This document shows positions 25,334-40,645 of a DNA stretch of 64,000 bases, one piece after another (the first letter of the stretch is position 1; every line of letters begins with the position of its first letter). A program made the position numbers and the translations under genes. The stretch comes from the human T2T-CHM13v2.0 reference genome, Homo sapiens: the NCBI RefSeq assembly GCF_009914755.1, contig NC_060930.1; one strand, given 5' to 3'. The notes below the pieces were generated by a model. The model worked only from the letters and a program-made list of their open reading frames with translations, was not told the origin of the DNA and ran no database searches.

Positions 25334-25959
25334 AGCAAGTCAGTGTCAGGGACCCTTCAAAGAGACCTACCAGGTTCTCCTGAGTGCTTCATGTCTCTCT
25401 CTCTGTCTCCAAGTTGGATAGATGTTTCTGGGCTAAATCGGATAGGTGTGCTCACTCTGTCCAGGCCCCAGTGGGCTCTCTCGGCCGCCCCCAGCGTCTT
25501 CACCCTTGAAGGCTGTAAGACCCCAGCTTAGGAGCTGGGAAGAGGTCAGAATGGGTATGAATAAACCTTCTACTCAGTTGCCTTGGCTACAAAATGGGGC
25601 AGGAGAATTGAACTGCCTATTGGGGGAACCTCAGGATGAGTAAACTGCGTGACAAATCAGGGCAAAGTAAATAGACAGGTGATTGTCTCACTCAGCCTGA
25701 TGGTAAGAGTATCAGGGTTGATTCTGCTGATAAGTTGGATTCATTGGTTTTATAACTCTTGCTAATTTGTCTTGCATGAAGCCCTCTAGTGGGTTACCTT
25801 CAGAGGATATGTCGGTGAAATATATGTGTGAATTAAAAAGAAACTATAAGTATATCCTGATCCTGGGATGGTAAGAGGGGCTGTCTCTGAGTGGATGGAA
25901 TTGAGAGTGCTTTCCTTTCTCTTTGCCTGTGTGTGTGTGTGTACACATGCTTGTTTATG

Positions 25960-26420
25960 TACATGTATAACAGCTTTATACAGATATAATTCACATGCTG
26001 TATCGTCCACACATTTAAAGTGTGCAATTCAGTGGGTTTTAGTATATTCACAGGGTCTTCAAGATCCAGCCCTGTTGCAACATGTAACAGTACTTCTTCC
26101 TTCTTTCTGGCTGAGTAATATTTCATTGTGTGGCTATAACACATTTGTTTATCCATTTGATTTCTAGTTGATGGACATTTGGGTTGTCCCTGTTTCCTTC
26201 TATTAAGAACAAAGCAGCTATGAACCTCTGTGTATGAGTTTTTTTTGTGGACATGTGTTTGCATTACTCACAGGTACATACCTAGGAGTAGAATTTCTGG
26301 ACTATCTGGCCACTCTGTATTGAACTTTTTGAGGAACTGCCAGGCTATTTTCCAAAGTGGCTGAACCATTTTATATTCTCACTAGCCCAGGGCGAGGATT
26401 CCAATATCTCTGCTGTGTTT
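25960..26420 (-). mobile_element. Old L1 (L1M-type) fragment
   Basis: ctagttgatggacatttgggttg...cctaggagtagaatttctggac...aggctattttccaaagtggctg. Confidence 0.8.
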
Positions 26421-27254
26421 TCTGCTGTTTCCTTTAATGAGCTGTGGCTGCAGACACTGTGAGTTGCCTGCTGAGTATCCTTTCCCTCCTCCCCAGCTAG
26501 CAGAACCCCGGCTTTGTAAGTGTTAACCCCAGGTAATTGAGCATAATTGGTCTAAGTCATAGTGCTAATCTTGCTCCCCTCTGTCTCAGCCCCTGAGAGC
26601 AGTGAAGTCACTGAAGACCCATAAGACAGTGGGCAAGAGGGCCAGGCTGAGGAGAAAGCCAAACAAGGCACCACAGTCCCAGCCTCAGCCTGGTTCCTGG
26701 GAGCTCTGGCAGGTGAAGTGCACCCCAGTGAGTCCCAGCAGGGGAGCTGGGCCTTCATATCCCCACATTAGTCCGTCACTCATGCATTTCTGGCTTTGCG
26801 CACGTGCAGGAAAGATGGCTCCAGGAGCTTGTGGAGAGACCCCTGAAGGAGAGCTCCAGGTGCAGGCTAGGCCACTGGGAGAAAAACACATTAAAGCCTG
26901 GGGAGGAGACCCCAGGGTCGAAGCGTCCCCTGCACCCACTTTCCCAAGCTCCCTTGCAGCTGGGGCTGGCCACGTGCCCAGGTCCAGCCATGATTGGGCA
27001 GAGTTGGCTGAGGAGGTTTGGGCAAAATTGTTGTCTGTTGACCAAGGGTTCAGCTGCAGCTGGCCCCGCATTTCTGCCTCTTTCTGTCTGGACCTGCTGA
27101 GCCATCTTGTGTCCCTGAGGGAAAGGTCATGGGCACTGCAAAGACACTGGACCAATTCCTGCACACTCCTCTCTAGATTTCTTTTTGTATTGAAAACATA
27201 AACCTTGTTTCAGCCACCATTAGGTATTATGTTACTTCCCAATTGTTATTATGA

Positions 27255-27575
<321 letters not shown>

Positions 27576-27654
27576 TGAGTTCTTTTTAAAAAACTGTTCA
27601 AGGCTTATTTGAGTTGGAAGGGATCAGAACACACTCCAGGTATTTCTGGTAATT

Positions 27655-28178
27655 AGACTGTGTGCTGTAGGAACTGGGGAGCAGCCAGGGTTCTGGAGCC
27701 TCCTAGCTTTCCACCAGCAGCGTGGCCTGACCACTCTCTACTCGCCCCAGGTGCTTCCCATCCGCCGTTTCTCTGCCTTGGGGCTCCACTCCTGGCTGAC
27801 CTCCTGGCATCTGGTCAGATCCATGCCCATTGCCCTCTGCTGCTTTATCTTGGTATCTCTTGGCTTAAATCCTTTATGGATGGGCTAAATGCCCAAGAGT
27901 GCCTTTTCATGGTGGCTACTCTACAGGTGTCTGGTGGGCTGAGGATGGCCCAGCCTTGGATGAAGTGGCCCTCTCAGCTGACCTGCCCCAGCCCAGGGGA
28001 TGGGGACATCACACATGTAGGCACCACCTGGAAGGCACTTGTCATGGCAGATACGGTGGCCTTTCTGTCCAGGACAAGCAACAATTGTTTTTGTAATAAG
28101 GAGGAGAGAACAAAAGAGAGAGTGCGAGAGAGAGAGGGAGAGCGAGAGAGAGAGAGAGACCTTGTAGAAGATAAAAGC
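27655..28178 (+). repeat. Direct local duplication, copy 1
   Basis: agactgtgtgctgtaggaactgggg...(GA)n...cttgtagaagataaaagc recurs at 29382-29919, about 95% identical. Confidence 0.95.
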
Positions 28179-29381
28179 AAGAGGGAGACATTATTTTTCA
28201 GGTATGTGGGTGATCAAGAGATTGGTAGTAACATAGGGTTCTGCTAAAAACCAAACAACAACAAATCACAGTGAGCGGAGGTGGAGCCCACATTGTGTGG
28301 GCTGTTCATTAAGAATGTCCCGACGCAGTGACAAACCTGCAGGCTTTCGTCCACCCTGTGGCTTAGGCACGGCCCTGTCTGGGGGTGGTGTGATGGAGCC
28401 CACCTTCTCTGGAATTCTGCTGCTTCTGGAATCCTCTGAGGCCATCTGGGGATCTCTGAAGTGGTTCTGTGCAAGCCCCACTTCACATGGTCCGGGAGCT
28501 TTCCCAGACGGCACCTTGTTGGGATGTGGGCTTGTCTTGGAGGGAGAAGGAAGCATCTGGAATCAGTGGGGCAACAGAGTGCTGGCACTCATTTCTGCTA
28601 CAGATGCACCAGCTCCTGGCTTAAGCAAGAGTTAGAATTACATCTGAAAGGCAGCGTGAGAGTCAAACTCTATTCGATTGCCCTGGAGAAACTCAATACG
28701 TGGAGAGCTCTCTCGTGTATCACTTAGAAAGCTCATCCGTGGATGTCTGCAGGGCTTCAGGCAGGACTGAGTAACTCTGTAGCACTGAGTATCTTTGAGC
28801 AGTCTGGACACAGTCCACAGGTAATGACGGTTGTTCTAAGGGGGACGGAAACGAAGGAAAAGAGAATGGACTATCTGCATGGGAGAAGGGGATGAACGTA
28901 GTGGGCCACAGGGACGTCTGAGATGGGCTGGGGTAGAGGGAGGGATGAATCAGCCATCAAGGTGCCCTCCCTCCCTCAGGCCCTGGGCAGGAAGTGTACC
29001 AGGCTCACTGTGGGCAGACACTGCATTCATTTATGAATGATCTGTTGGGAACCTACTGTGCGCTGGGGCTATCTGTTGAGACTCTACCATGTTCTGGGAA
29101 AGTCAGCCAGCACAGCTTCCTCCTGCCTTTCCTGGCTCTTTCTCTCCACTGCTGCCTCTCTACTCTCTTCTGGTCACACCCTCACATCTCCCTCTTACAT
29201 CAGTTTTTCACAAACCACCCAAGCCCAATAAGACTTCACCTGGCTGGGGTTTAGGATAGAGTCTTTCTCAGAAGCATGTTCAGTTTAATGGGGGACTTCT
29301 GAAAACCCTAGGGCCACAAAAGCCACAGAAAGGGCAACATAATGGTGGACTTTGGGGGAGATCTCAGCTCAAGAGGCCCAC

Positions 29382-29867
29382 AGACTGTGTGCTGTAGGAA
29401 CTGGGGAGCAGCTAGGTTTCTGGAGCCTCCTAGCTTTCCACCAGTAGCCTGGCCTGACCACTCTCTACTCGCCCCAGGTGCTTCCCGTCTGCCATTTCTC
29501 TGCCTTGGGGCTCCACTCCTGGCTGACCTCCTGGCATCTGGTCAGATCCATGCCCGTTGCCCTCTGCTTCTTTATCCTGGTATCTCTTGGCTTAAATCCT
29601 TTATGGATGGACTAAGTGCCCAAGAGTGCCTTTTCATGGTGGCTACTCTACAGGTGTCTGGTGGGCTGAGGATGGCCCAGCCTTGGATCAAGCAGCCCCC
29701 TCAGCTGACCTGCCCCAGCCCAGGGGATGGGGGCATCACACATATAGGTACCACCTGGAAGGCACTCGCCGTGGCAGATACGGTGGCCTTTCTGTCCAGG
29801 ACAAGCAACAATTGTTTTTGTAATAAGGAGGAGAGAACAAAAGAGAGACTGCGAGAGAGAGAGGGAG

Positions 29868-29901
<34 letters not shown>

Positions 29902-29919
29902 CTTGTAGAAGATAAAAGC
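29382..29919 (+). repeat. Direct local duplication, copy 2
   Basis: Matches 27655-28178, with a longer (GA)n tract. Confidence 0.95.
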
Positions 29920-31831
29920 TCTCTGCACCAGAGAGGATGTTCCCATCCTGCCTCCCTCGCTTCCTGCCTTAACTCATTCTACACACACTGACTGAGCGCC
30001 CTCCATGTTCTGGGACCTGATTCAGCTACTCTTCCTAGTCCACTGTGGTCTTGTGAGGTCAGCGCTTGGTCAAGATTAGGAGAAAAACTGCAGGGCTGCA
30101 GAGACCTCTCTGTCCAACATCTCCCTACGTGGGCACTACTCTGCTGTGAGCTCTGGGTGGACACCAGGCATGATTTACAATCCCTTTCAGGGAATTATTG
30201 CTGCTAATGGGCAGAGCCAATTTATGCTTCCCAAGGGGGAGGGCAAAATCAATTAATGGAGAGCCTGACATGGCCAGTCCTGATGACAGAGTGTGGCCTG
30301 ACATCCGGAGGTGATAAGGGACTTTCTGAGGCTGAACTAATAAGGAGATTGGGGAAAAAGAAGAAAAACAACACCCCCTCCCCATCTGCCCAATCGATTT
30401 GGTGTACAATGGGCAGAGAATGCAGAGTAAACAGAGCAGCTGGGCACGAGCCTCTTTCCATCTGAACGAGCCTGGAGATAAGGACTGGACAGGCCGCCCA
30501 TCCCACCATCAACATAGGTATTCGCTATGGAGCCCCTCAATAGACATATCCATATGGGTGAAAAAGGACACTTTCCAAACCAGAACACAGGGGAGAAGAT
30601 AAGGCCCACCTGCCCCAGGTGTGTGCCTTGTAGTAGAAAGGGCAAGTGGAGACAGAGAGCACTGGTTTTAGATGCCAGCTCCCTAACTGTGCCCCCCAGA
30701 TAGTTTGCACCACGTGGCTGGAGCGGCAAGCTTTCGATGTGGGAGCCTGGGCTCCCGGAGTCTCCCCCACAGCGTCCTACGTGGAGGCGGCGGTGGCGCG
30801 GGTTTGTAGGGGTCTTTGTGTGTCCTCGTGAGTATGATCTCAGAGGTGGGCCAGCTCGTGCTGTGACCAGCAGACAGACCAGGGAAAGCTGAAGGGTGAT
30901 TCAAGGTAAAGCCTTGAAACAGACAAACAAACACACCTGTTACTAATTTTGCTCAGAAACTGCATCTTTCTTTTTTTTAAGGAGCAGGATTCCTCTTGCA
31001 CATGAAATCTTTCCCAGAGCCCCAGTCTGAAGCCTACTTAAGAGTGGAGCTCTGGTTGAAGTAGGGGCAGAGGGCTCCCATTTCCACCAGCCCAGAGAGT
31101 GTGATTTCAAGAGCCCTTACCCGTAATTCTGAAATGGATGCCCTTGTCTAAGTTGGACTTCCCTCAGCGCAGGTCCCAAGACACAATGCGGGTGTGCGTG
31201 GTTCATCTGGGACCTGATCCAGGATGCGCAAGCAGGGGAGTGGGGAACAGAAGGCAGTCGATTCAGGGTGTGTTTTCGCACAGGTGACTGTTGCGGGCAA
31301 CTGGGGCCCCATCCCGCTGGGGACCTCTGGGAGACTGTGCAGAACACACTGTAGAGTTGTTCCACAGAGTGGCAAGGAAGCTGGGGTGTTTATCTACCAA
31401 CTCTTGTCCCTTGTTAATTGAAGATTGCTCCTGGGTAGGTTAACTCCTGCACTGCCAGCCTGCCCTGCCTGTGGGCTGAGAGCACTCCTGCGGCCAGAGA
31501 GTCCCTGTGGGTAGAAAGATGCAGGTGCTTAGGACAGAATGCTACTGGTATAGATGGAGGCTTTCCACAAGTGCTGCATGTGACCTCCAGGCGGGCTGGG
31601 GGGATCTGGCAGAGTACTGACACTGTCTGTCACAGGCTCTAGTTCTCCACTCCTTTGTCTGGGTCACTGTGGTTTTGTCATTCCTGCAGGGAAATTGCTC
31701 TTCTGTGAACCTTAATGAAGGGGTGGTCAGCTTGTCCTGGCATATTAGGCCGGTGCCCTTGGAAGCATGACAAGAGTGGGAAGACCATACCCTCATCTCT
31801 TGATGGCCACTCAAATTGAAAAAAGAAATTG

Positions 31832-32132
31832 TTTTTATTGATTTATTTATTTTGAGATGGAGTCTCACTCTGTCGCCCAGGCTGGAGTGCAGTGGCGCGA
31901 TCTCAGCTCACTGCAACCTCTGCCTCCCGGGTTCAAGCAGTTCTCTGCCTTAGCCTCCCAAGTAGCTGGGATTATAGGCAGCCGCCACCATGCCTGGCTA
32001 ATTTTTGTATTTTAAGTAGAGATGGGGTTTCACCATCTTGTCCAGGCTGGTCTTGAACTCCTGACCTCATGATCCACCCTCCTCAGCCTCCCAAAGTGCT
32101 GGGATTACAGGCGTGAGCCACTGTGCCCGGCC
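31832..32132 (-). mobile_element. Alu
   Basis: Alu consensus. Confidence 0.95.
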
Positions 32133-32554
32133 ATGAAAGATATTGTTAAAAGATCTGCTGGCCATCCCCTGTTAATGAATCTCCCTACATCCCCTCACCT
32201 CTTCAGACTATAAGAAAAACCCATAGCTTTGAGAGTCATTGGAGCTGCAGCAGCAGCAAGAAGCCTGGGCTGCTGTGAGCCAGGATGTAGATGAGGGGTG
32301 CCGCTGAGACAGGGAGGAGCAGAGCGTCCCCAGGGCCTGGGAGAGATACTGAGCCCAGAAACCAGAGGAGAGACAGGGCCAGCTGCTCTTGGTGTGTGAG
32401 GGTCCTGGCAAATATTTTTTTGTGGATGGACCCCTGTGTGTATAAACAATTTGATGAAAAAAACTTAGTACCAAATTCATGAGCCCATGTGAGGTATAAT
32501 GATTGATTTGTGTAGATTTAGAATAATGACAGAGAAGAGGCACTTAGGCATTTG

Positions 32555-32560
32555 TTTATT
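32555..32560 (-). terminator. KIF6: Candidate distal KIF6 polyA signal, implying a ~6.5-kb 3'UTR
   Basis: tttatt on + strand in unique sequence; position fits the recalled annotated 3' end of KIF6. Confidence 0.55.
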
Positions 32561-33721
32561 GTCTAATTGGTTCACATGACGATTCTTTGTCCTATGATGT
32601 TAAGAGTCCATCAAATCAGCATGTTAGCGCAGGTCTGGTGGCCCAATCCCAGGTAGTGCCATAAAAGAAATGCCACACCAGCCAGCGGGAATGATCTCCT
32701 CATCAGGCTGCTTTCCTGGAACCAGGGACTGACTAGGAAGCCCTAAAACAGCTTCATAGGCATAAGTCCTAGAGCACCTTGGGACATCTGGTCAACCCTA
32801 TGCATGCACTGGAGAACTTCCTGAAAGAAGAAAAGGGAACTGAGACCCACATGAGGCCTGGACTATGTTAGGGGTGGCCTGCATGGATGACGTTGTTGGT
32901 CATGGCTGGTCCCAGCACCAGAGGGAGACTTAGAAAGTTTTTAGCAAAGCATGTCAAAGCACAGGTTACCCCCAAAACATGGGGCTGAAGGCATGGGGAC
33001 TGCTTGCCTCAGTCTAAAGACAGTGATGGAAAAGACAAACCCAGGAGATGTTTCGGAGAAAAGAAAACAACAACATCCCACACCTGGGGCCAGAAGGGGA
33101 GGGGTGCTGGCCTGGGGAGGGGCTGCCCTCCTGAGATCAGGAGCTGAGTGAATGGAGAGGGAAGAGTACCAGCTGGCATGCTGCTTGCTCTTTGCTGAGT
33201 TCCCTCTCAGTGTGGGTGAAACCGGCTCAGCCCTGCTGGCTGGCACGAGGCCATGGAAAACCCAAATAAAGCAGTTAACTCTGAAAAGGTTGCTGCTTCC
33301 TCCTATTCCTTGGGAGATGCATTCAGGGCTACACTCAGAGGCCACTTTTCGCAAGGTGAGGAGGAGCTTGTATTCAAGGAAACACTGCTTTTTCCTCCCA
33401 CATTTGACACATATGTTTTCAACATCCAACATTCACAGCCAACCTCTCTACACCTGCTCTGCCTCGGAGCCCTGGCAGTCCCTGGACACGTGTTATGGAA
33501 GGAACACTGTCTCCCCCACATGCTCACATGGCCCAAATCCCCACAAGTCCCCTTTTTGCCAAGCTCCACGTCCTTTGCCTCTTCCCATCACCCAATACCC
33601 AACCTGCCATCATTGTCCTAAGCTTCCCTTCCCTGCTTCTCTCTTTGCACCTTGCCGGGTTCTCACACTCCCACCCACCTTGATAGTGAGTCCAAGCCCA
33701 TCCTACCCCACCCCCAACTCC

Positions 33722-34794
<1,073 letters not shown>

Positions 34795-36748
34795 TCTATT
34801 TCTATTGATGGTTTTTTCTCCTCTCATGGCCCATATTTTCCTGCTTCTTTGCATGCCTGATTATTTTTTAATGGACACCAGACATTGTGGATTCTATATT
34901 GTTGGATGCTGGTTTCTTTTTGGTTTGTTTTTCATATTCCTTTAGATATTTTGAAGCTTTGTTTTGGGACTCATTGAAGTTACTTGGAAACTTACTGGAA
35001 ACAATTTGACTCCTTTGGGGCTGGCTTTTTAAGCTTTGTTAGGTGGGACCAGAGCAATCTATCATCTAGGACTAATTTGGCCCCACTTCTGAGGCAGTAC
35101 CTTATGTGTCTCTATACAATGACTGTTTTGGGAGGTTTCTCCACTCTGGCTGTTGGAAACATGAACTCTTCCCAACACAGTGTTATCTCAGGAAATTATT
35201 CCACCTGCTTCCTCCTGGTGGTTCTTTCCCCTGCCTTGGGTAATTTCTTCACATGCAGATGTTGATCGGTAGTTAGCTGAAGACTCAAGGGTAACCCTCT
35301 GAAGATCTCCAGAGCATGCTCTCTCTCTTTCTCTCTCTTTTTTCTCCTCTCTCTCTCCTTCTCTCTCTCTCATCCCTGGGACTCTGCCTTGCAAATTTAA
35401 GCCACTTTGTCCTCCCTGGATTCCCAGCTCCATTTCTCCAACTCAGGGAAACCACTGGGCTCTACCTGGTTCCCCCTTCCTGGGCTGCAGCCTGAAAACT
35501 CACTGCAGGCAGTAAGTTGGAGCAATCATAGGGCTCCCCTCGTTTCCCTTCTCTTGCGGATCAATCATACCCTATATTGCTTGTTATCCAATGGCTGAAA
35601 ACCATTGGTTTGTATAGAGGATTTTGTCTCATTTTTAGTCATTTAAAGCAGGAGGGTAAATCAGGTCCTTGTTGCTTCATCATGGCTGTAGGTGGTGGTC
35701 CTGCTTTTCCATATACAGGATGCTCTCAGTGCCTTTCCACAGGCTGCATGGAGAGACAATGAACTCTGCACTGAGAAATCCTAGATCCAGTCATATACTG
35801 TCTCTGGGTTCCAATTTCTGTGCCAGTCTGCTATTGCTACAATTAATGCTATATAACAAACCACTCTAAACCTCAGTGGTTTATGACAAGCAGCATATAT
35901 TCTCATGCCAATAGGTCTTTGGGTGAGCCATAGTTCAGCTGATCTGGGCTGGGCTTGCCTGGGAGGCTCTGCTCCAGGCTGTAGACTGGGCTCAGGTCTG
36001 CTCTCTGGATGTTCCAGGCTGAAGGGGCAGCAGCTACCCATGGCATGTTCATCCCAAGAGAGATCACTGGAGCAAGAGGCAAGCTCAACCATGAGAGCAC
36101 AATTCAAGCCTCTGCCTGGATCAGGTTTGCCAACACCACATTAGTCAAAGTGGGCCATGACAAAGCTTTGGATGTGTAATTCTATACTGGTGGTGAAGAA
36201 TTAAAATGATGTATTCAGTATACCACAATTTCTCTATCTGCTTTCTAAAACTCCTTTTTAGCAAGATCTGGGCAAGCTACATTTTAACTTCCCTCCTCCA
36301 ACCTCCGTCCACCCTACTTCTTGTCAAGGGATTGGTAGAGCCAGTTGAATTCTAGCAGGGACTGGGCTGGAGTCACTGGCTAGGCTGCTTTCCAGAAAAT
36401 GTTTTTGAAAATCCCACATTTTGGCCTAGAGTGAACTCAGATACTTCTTGTCATCCGTGGCTCCACTGATCCCAGGTGGATTGCTGGAAAGTCTTTTCAA
36501 AACATTGCATCAATTTCTCCCATTTGCAGAGGCCAGTGAACTCTGGGAAGGTGCACTGCCGTCAAGCATGTGTCCATATCAAAGGCTGGGCTTCCATTAG
36601 GGGATGTTCGGAGCAAAAGGCCCCTTGGCCAGTTGCTGCACACACTTTGCATATGCTCTGGACACCAGTGGCCCCAGATCCCATGCTGTGTGTTTTTCTG
36701 TCTTCATTTCCTTTCCTGTCTTAGTGATTGCCCCAGGAGGCTGGTTCA

Positions 36749-37198
<450 letters not shown>

Positions 37199-39074
37199 TC
37201 AGTAGACTCTACCCAGCTCTAGAGGGCTGAGGGCACTAAGGCATGCCAAGAATACTGCTGCTGCTACACAGGGGACTGGGGCAAATGCCATGCCATCTTC
37301 AGGGCTCTTGAGAGTGTGTGTGTGTATGTGTGTGTGTGTGTGCAGTTACATGTGTGTTCCATGGACTCTTGGGGAGGCTTCTAGAATCAGAATTTGGTCT
37401 TCCTCTGGTTCTACAGACTTTACAGAGGGCTTACTATGTTCCATTGAACTGTGAGGGCCAGGAGTGGACCAGAGATGCTGGCCCCTGTCCTGATGGGATT
37501 CAGTCAGAGCCTGGGGGAAGTCAGAGTGACACCAGCCTGAGAAACACATCTGGGTTCTGGCTCGTCTACTCATGAACTGAAGGACCGTTTACTGAACAGT
37601 GACTCTGTGCTTGGGACACAGCAATGAGCAAGACAAACAGGTCCCTGTTGCATTGGAGCTCTTAGTATTATGGGGGGTTGCAGGTATTTCAAAAATAGGC
37701 AAGTTCGGAAGGATAACATGTCAGATAGTGATGCAGAAAAAATGGTAATGGGATAGGGGATAACTAGGGGGTGACTCGAGATGGAGTGGTCAGGGGAAGC
37801 CCCCTGAAGAGGGGACATTTGTCAGTGGCATAGAACAGCAAGCTGAATCTCCCCTTCACTCTGGCCTTCTAATTATATAAAATAGGGGTGTGGATTAGAG
37901 GAGCTCGATGGGCCTGCCTAGCTTAGAAATGTAATGGTTTAATCTTCTCCTGCATGATCCTGTTACCCAGTCCTAAAAAACGAAAAAGAAAATCAAGCCA
38001 ATTATACTATATTACCACTCTGCTCCCCTCCAGGGTCATCAGGTCCTGTATTTATAGGACAGAGACACCAGGAGCAGTGGACCAGCACTTTTATCCAGTT
38101 AGCTTCATTCCAGGTGCCACTCCTGCTCACCCTCCGCTGCCCCTCCCTGGCTGCAGCTGGGTTGGAACCCCCTGGCCCAGGGGGCAGTTCTTCAAGAACC
38201 TCCTTGAGGGCTGCCCACCTTCCCTTGGATCTGTCATGGAGAGGGCCCATGGAGACAAGACCCCCAGGCAGCTATGTTTTTCCCTGTGGAAGTGGGGAGT
38301 GTCAGCCCAAATCCTCCCAAGTGGCTGGGTGAAGGTTGTGAGGCCCAAGGTACCCACACTACCCTCTCTCAAGCTCTCAGCAGAGCCCCTGGGAGCTGCC
38401 CACTGTTCTCTGGGTGCTATGATGTCCTTAGACCCTGCAGGGCAGATGGCTCCCTGGAGACACAGCTGTTCAGGCACTGCCTCCAGGTCATCCTGGCCAA
38501 GAGGCTGATGGTGAAAGATGTAGTCTGGGAGATCAGGATTGGCCTTCAGGATGCCCTGCATTCCACTGCCTTGCCTGTGGCTGGGACATCCTGCCTGGAC
38601 CTGTCATGGCCATTTCTGGGCTTCCAAACCAGAGCACGGGCCAAGGGAGAGAGCTGGCAAATCGTTAAAAATAAAAATATTCCCCCCACATTCCACTGGT
38701 GTGAGCATCCTCTGACATTATATTTTGATGGTGCTATTTCACATTCTCAAAAGCTTATAAAGATCTACACAAAACGTCACTACAACAGTGAGCTGAAGCC
38801 TTCACCCTGCCCCTAGCACTCTGGCCTTGCCTGGCCCTGCCAGCAGCTCCAGCAACCACAGGAAGGATGTTGTGGTCAGCCCCAGCCCCAGCCTCTCGGT
38901 GGCCTCCAGGTCAGCATCCTTAAAGAAACACAGTCCCCTCCATGGGAATCAAAGTCACTAGTTGCTCCCAGCAGCCCATAGTTCACTTCTGAAGCCAGAG
39001 CAAGTGAGGGGCGCTGCCTTCATCTGTGCTTCATTCTTGCTGGCATAATTCATGGATGGATATTTCCTGGAAAT

Positions 39075-39091
39075 TCAATTGCTTCCCAAAC
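39075..39091 (-). CDS. KIF6: KIF6 last coding segment, 17 bp (CLGSN*), start of terminal exon
   Basis: ccctttcag|GT TTG GGA AGC AAT TGA, in phase with the preceding exon. Confidence 0.88.
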
Positions 39092-39311
39092 CTGAAAGGG
39101 AGACAGGATGCTTTTGGTTAGGCTGTGCATGCAGACACTGACTTTTCCCAGGATTGAATCGGGGGGAGGGGAGGCCACCAGCCACTCCCCCTGGGTCTTG
39201 GGCACTGCATCTGTGTCTTGCCTCCCAGGAGCTGCATTTATACCCCAAGCTCTGAAGGAAGAGGCCCCCTTTGCCCTTTGCAGAAGCTCCATCTCCCTAG
39301 GCTGAGACTGA

Positions 39312-40181
<870 letters not shown>

Positions 40182-40474
40182 CAACCCCATGGTTTTCATT
40201 GATGCTCCTACCTAATCCTCAGATTCTCTCCTTGCTTTTTCCTCCAGATATTAATTATATTCCAGGATGGCTCCTCCTGACCATGTGGCCCCTATCCTGT
40301 CATCTCCCATGGCTGGGCATGGAGAGGGTTCTCTGGATTGAGAACCAGGGCCCTTGCGTTCTAGCCAGGACAGTCCCCAACCCACGGTGTGACTTTGGGC
40401 AAGTCATGTCAGTTCTCTGGGCCTAACATTTCTCTTTGCTGGAGCAGATGAGATACCTGGAAAAAGCAAGGTGG

Positions 40475-40645
40475 CTTCTTGCTTCACAAAATGTGGTCCA
40501 TGGACCAGCAGTGCTGGCATTTCCAGGGAGCTTGTTAAGAAAGGCAGAGTCTAAGACATGGTCCACCCTGGACTTACTGGATCAGAATCTACAGTTTGAC
40601 AAAACCTGTCGATTCATTAGCACATTAAAATGTGAGAACTGGTAA
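40475..40645 (+). mobile_element. MER5-type DNA transposon
   Basis: cacaaaatgtggtccatggaccagcag...gagcttgttaagaaaggcaga...atcagaatct...gcacattaaaatgtgagaactg. Confidence 0.65.

Noticed and set aside
27660-29908. Paired 195-aa and 188-aa ORFs that look like paralogous genes
   Set aside because: They arise from the DNA duplication, start at non-ATG codons or outside the repeat, run into (GA)n, and show no recognisable domain or splice structure.
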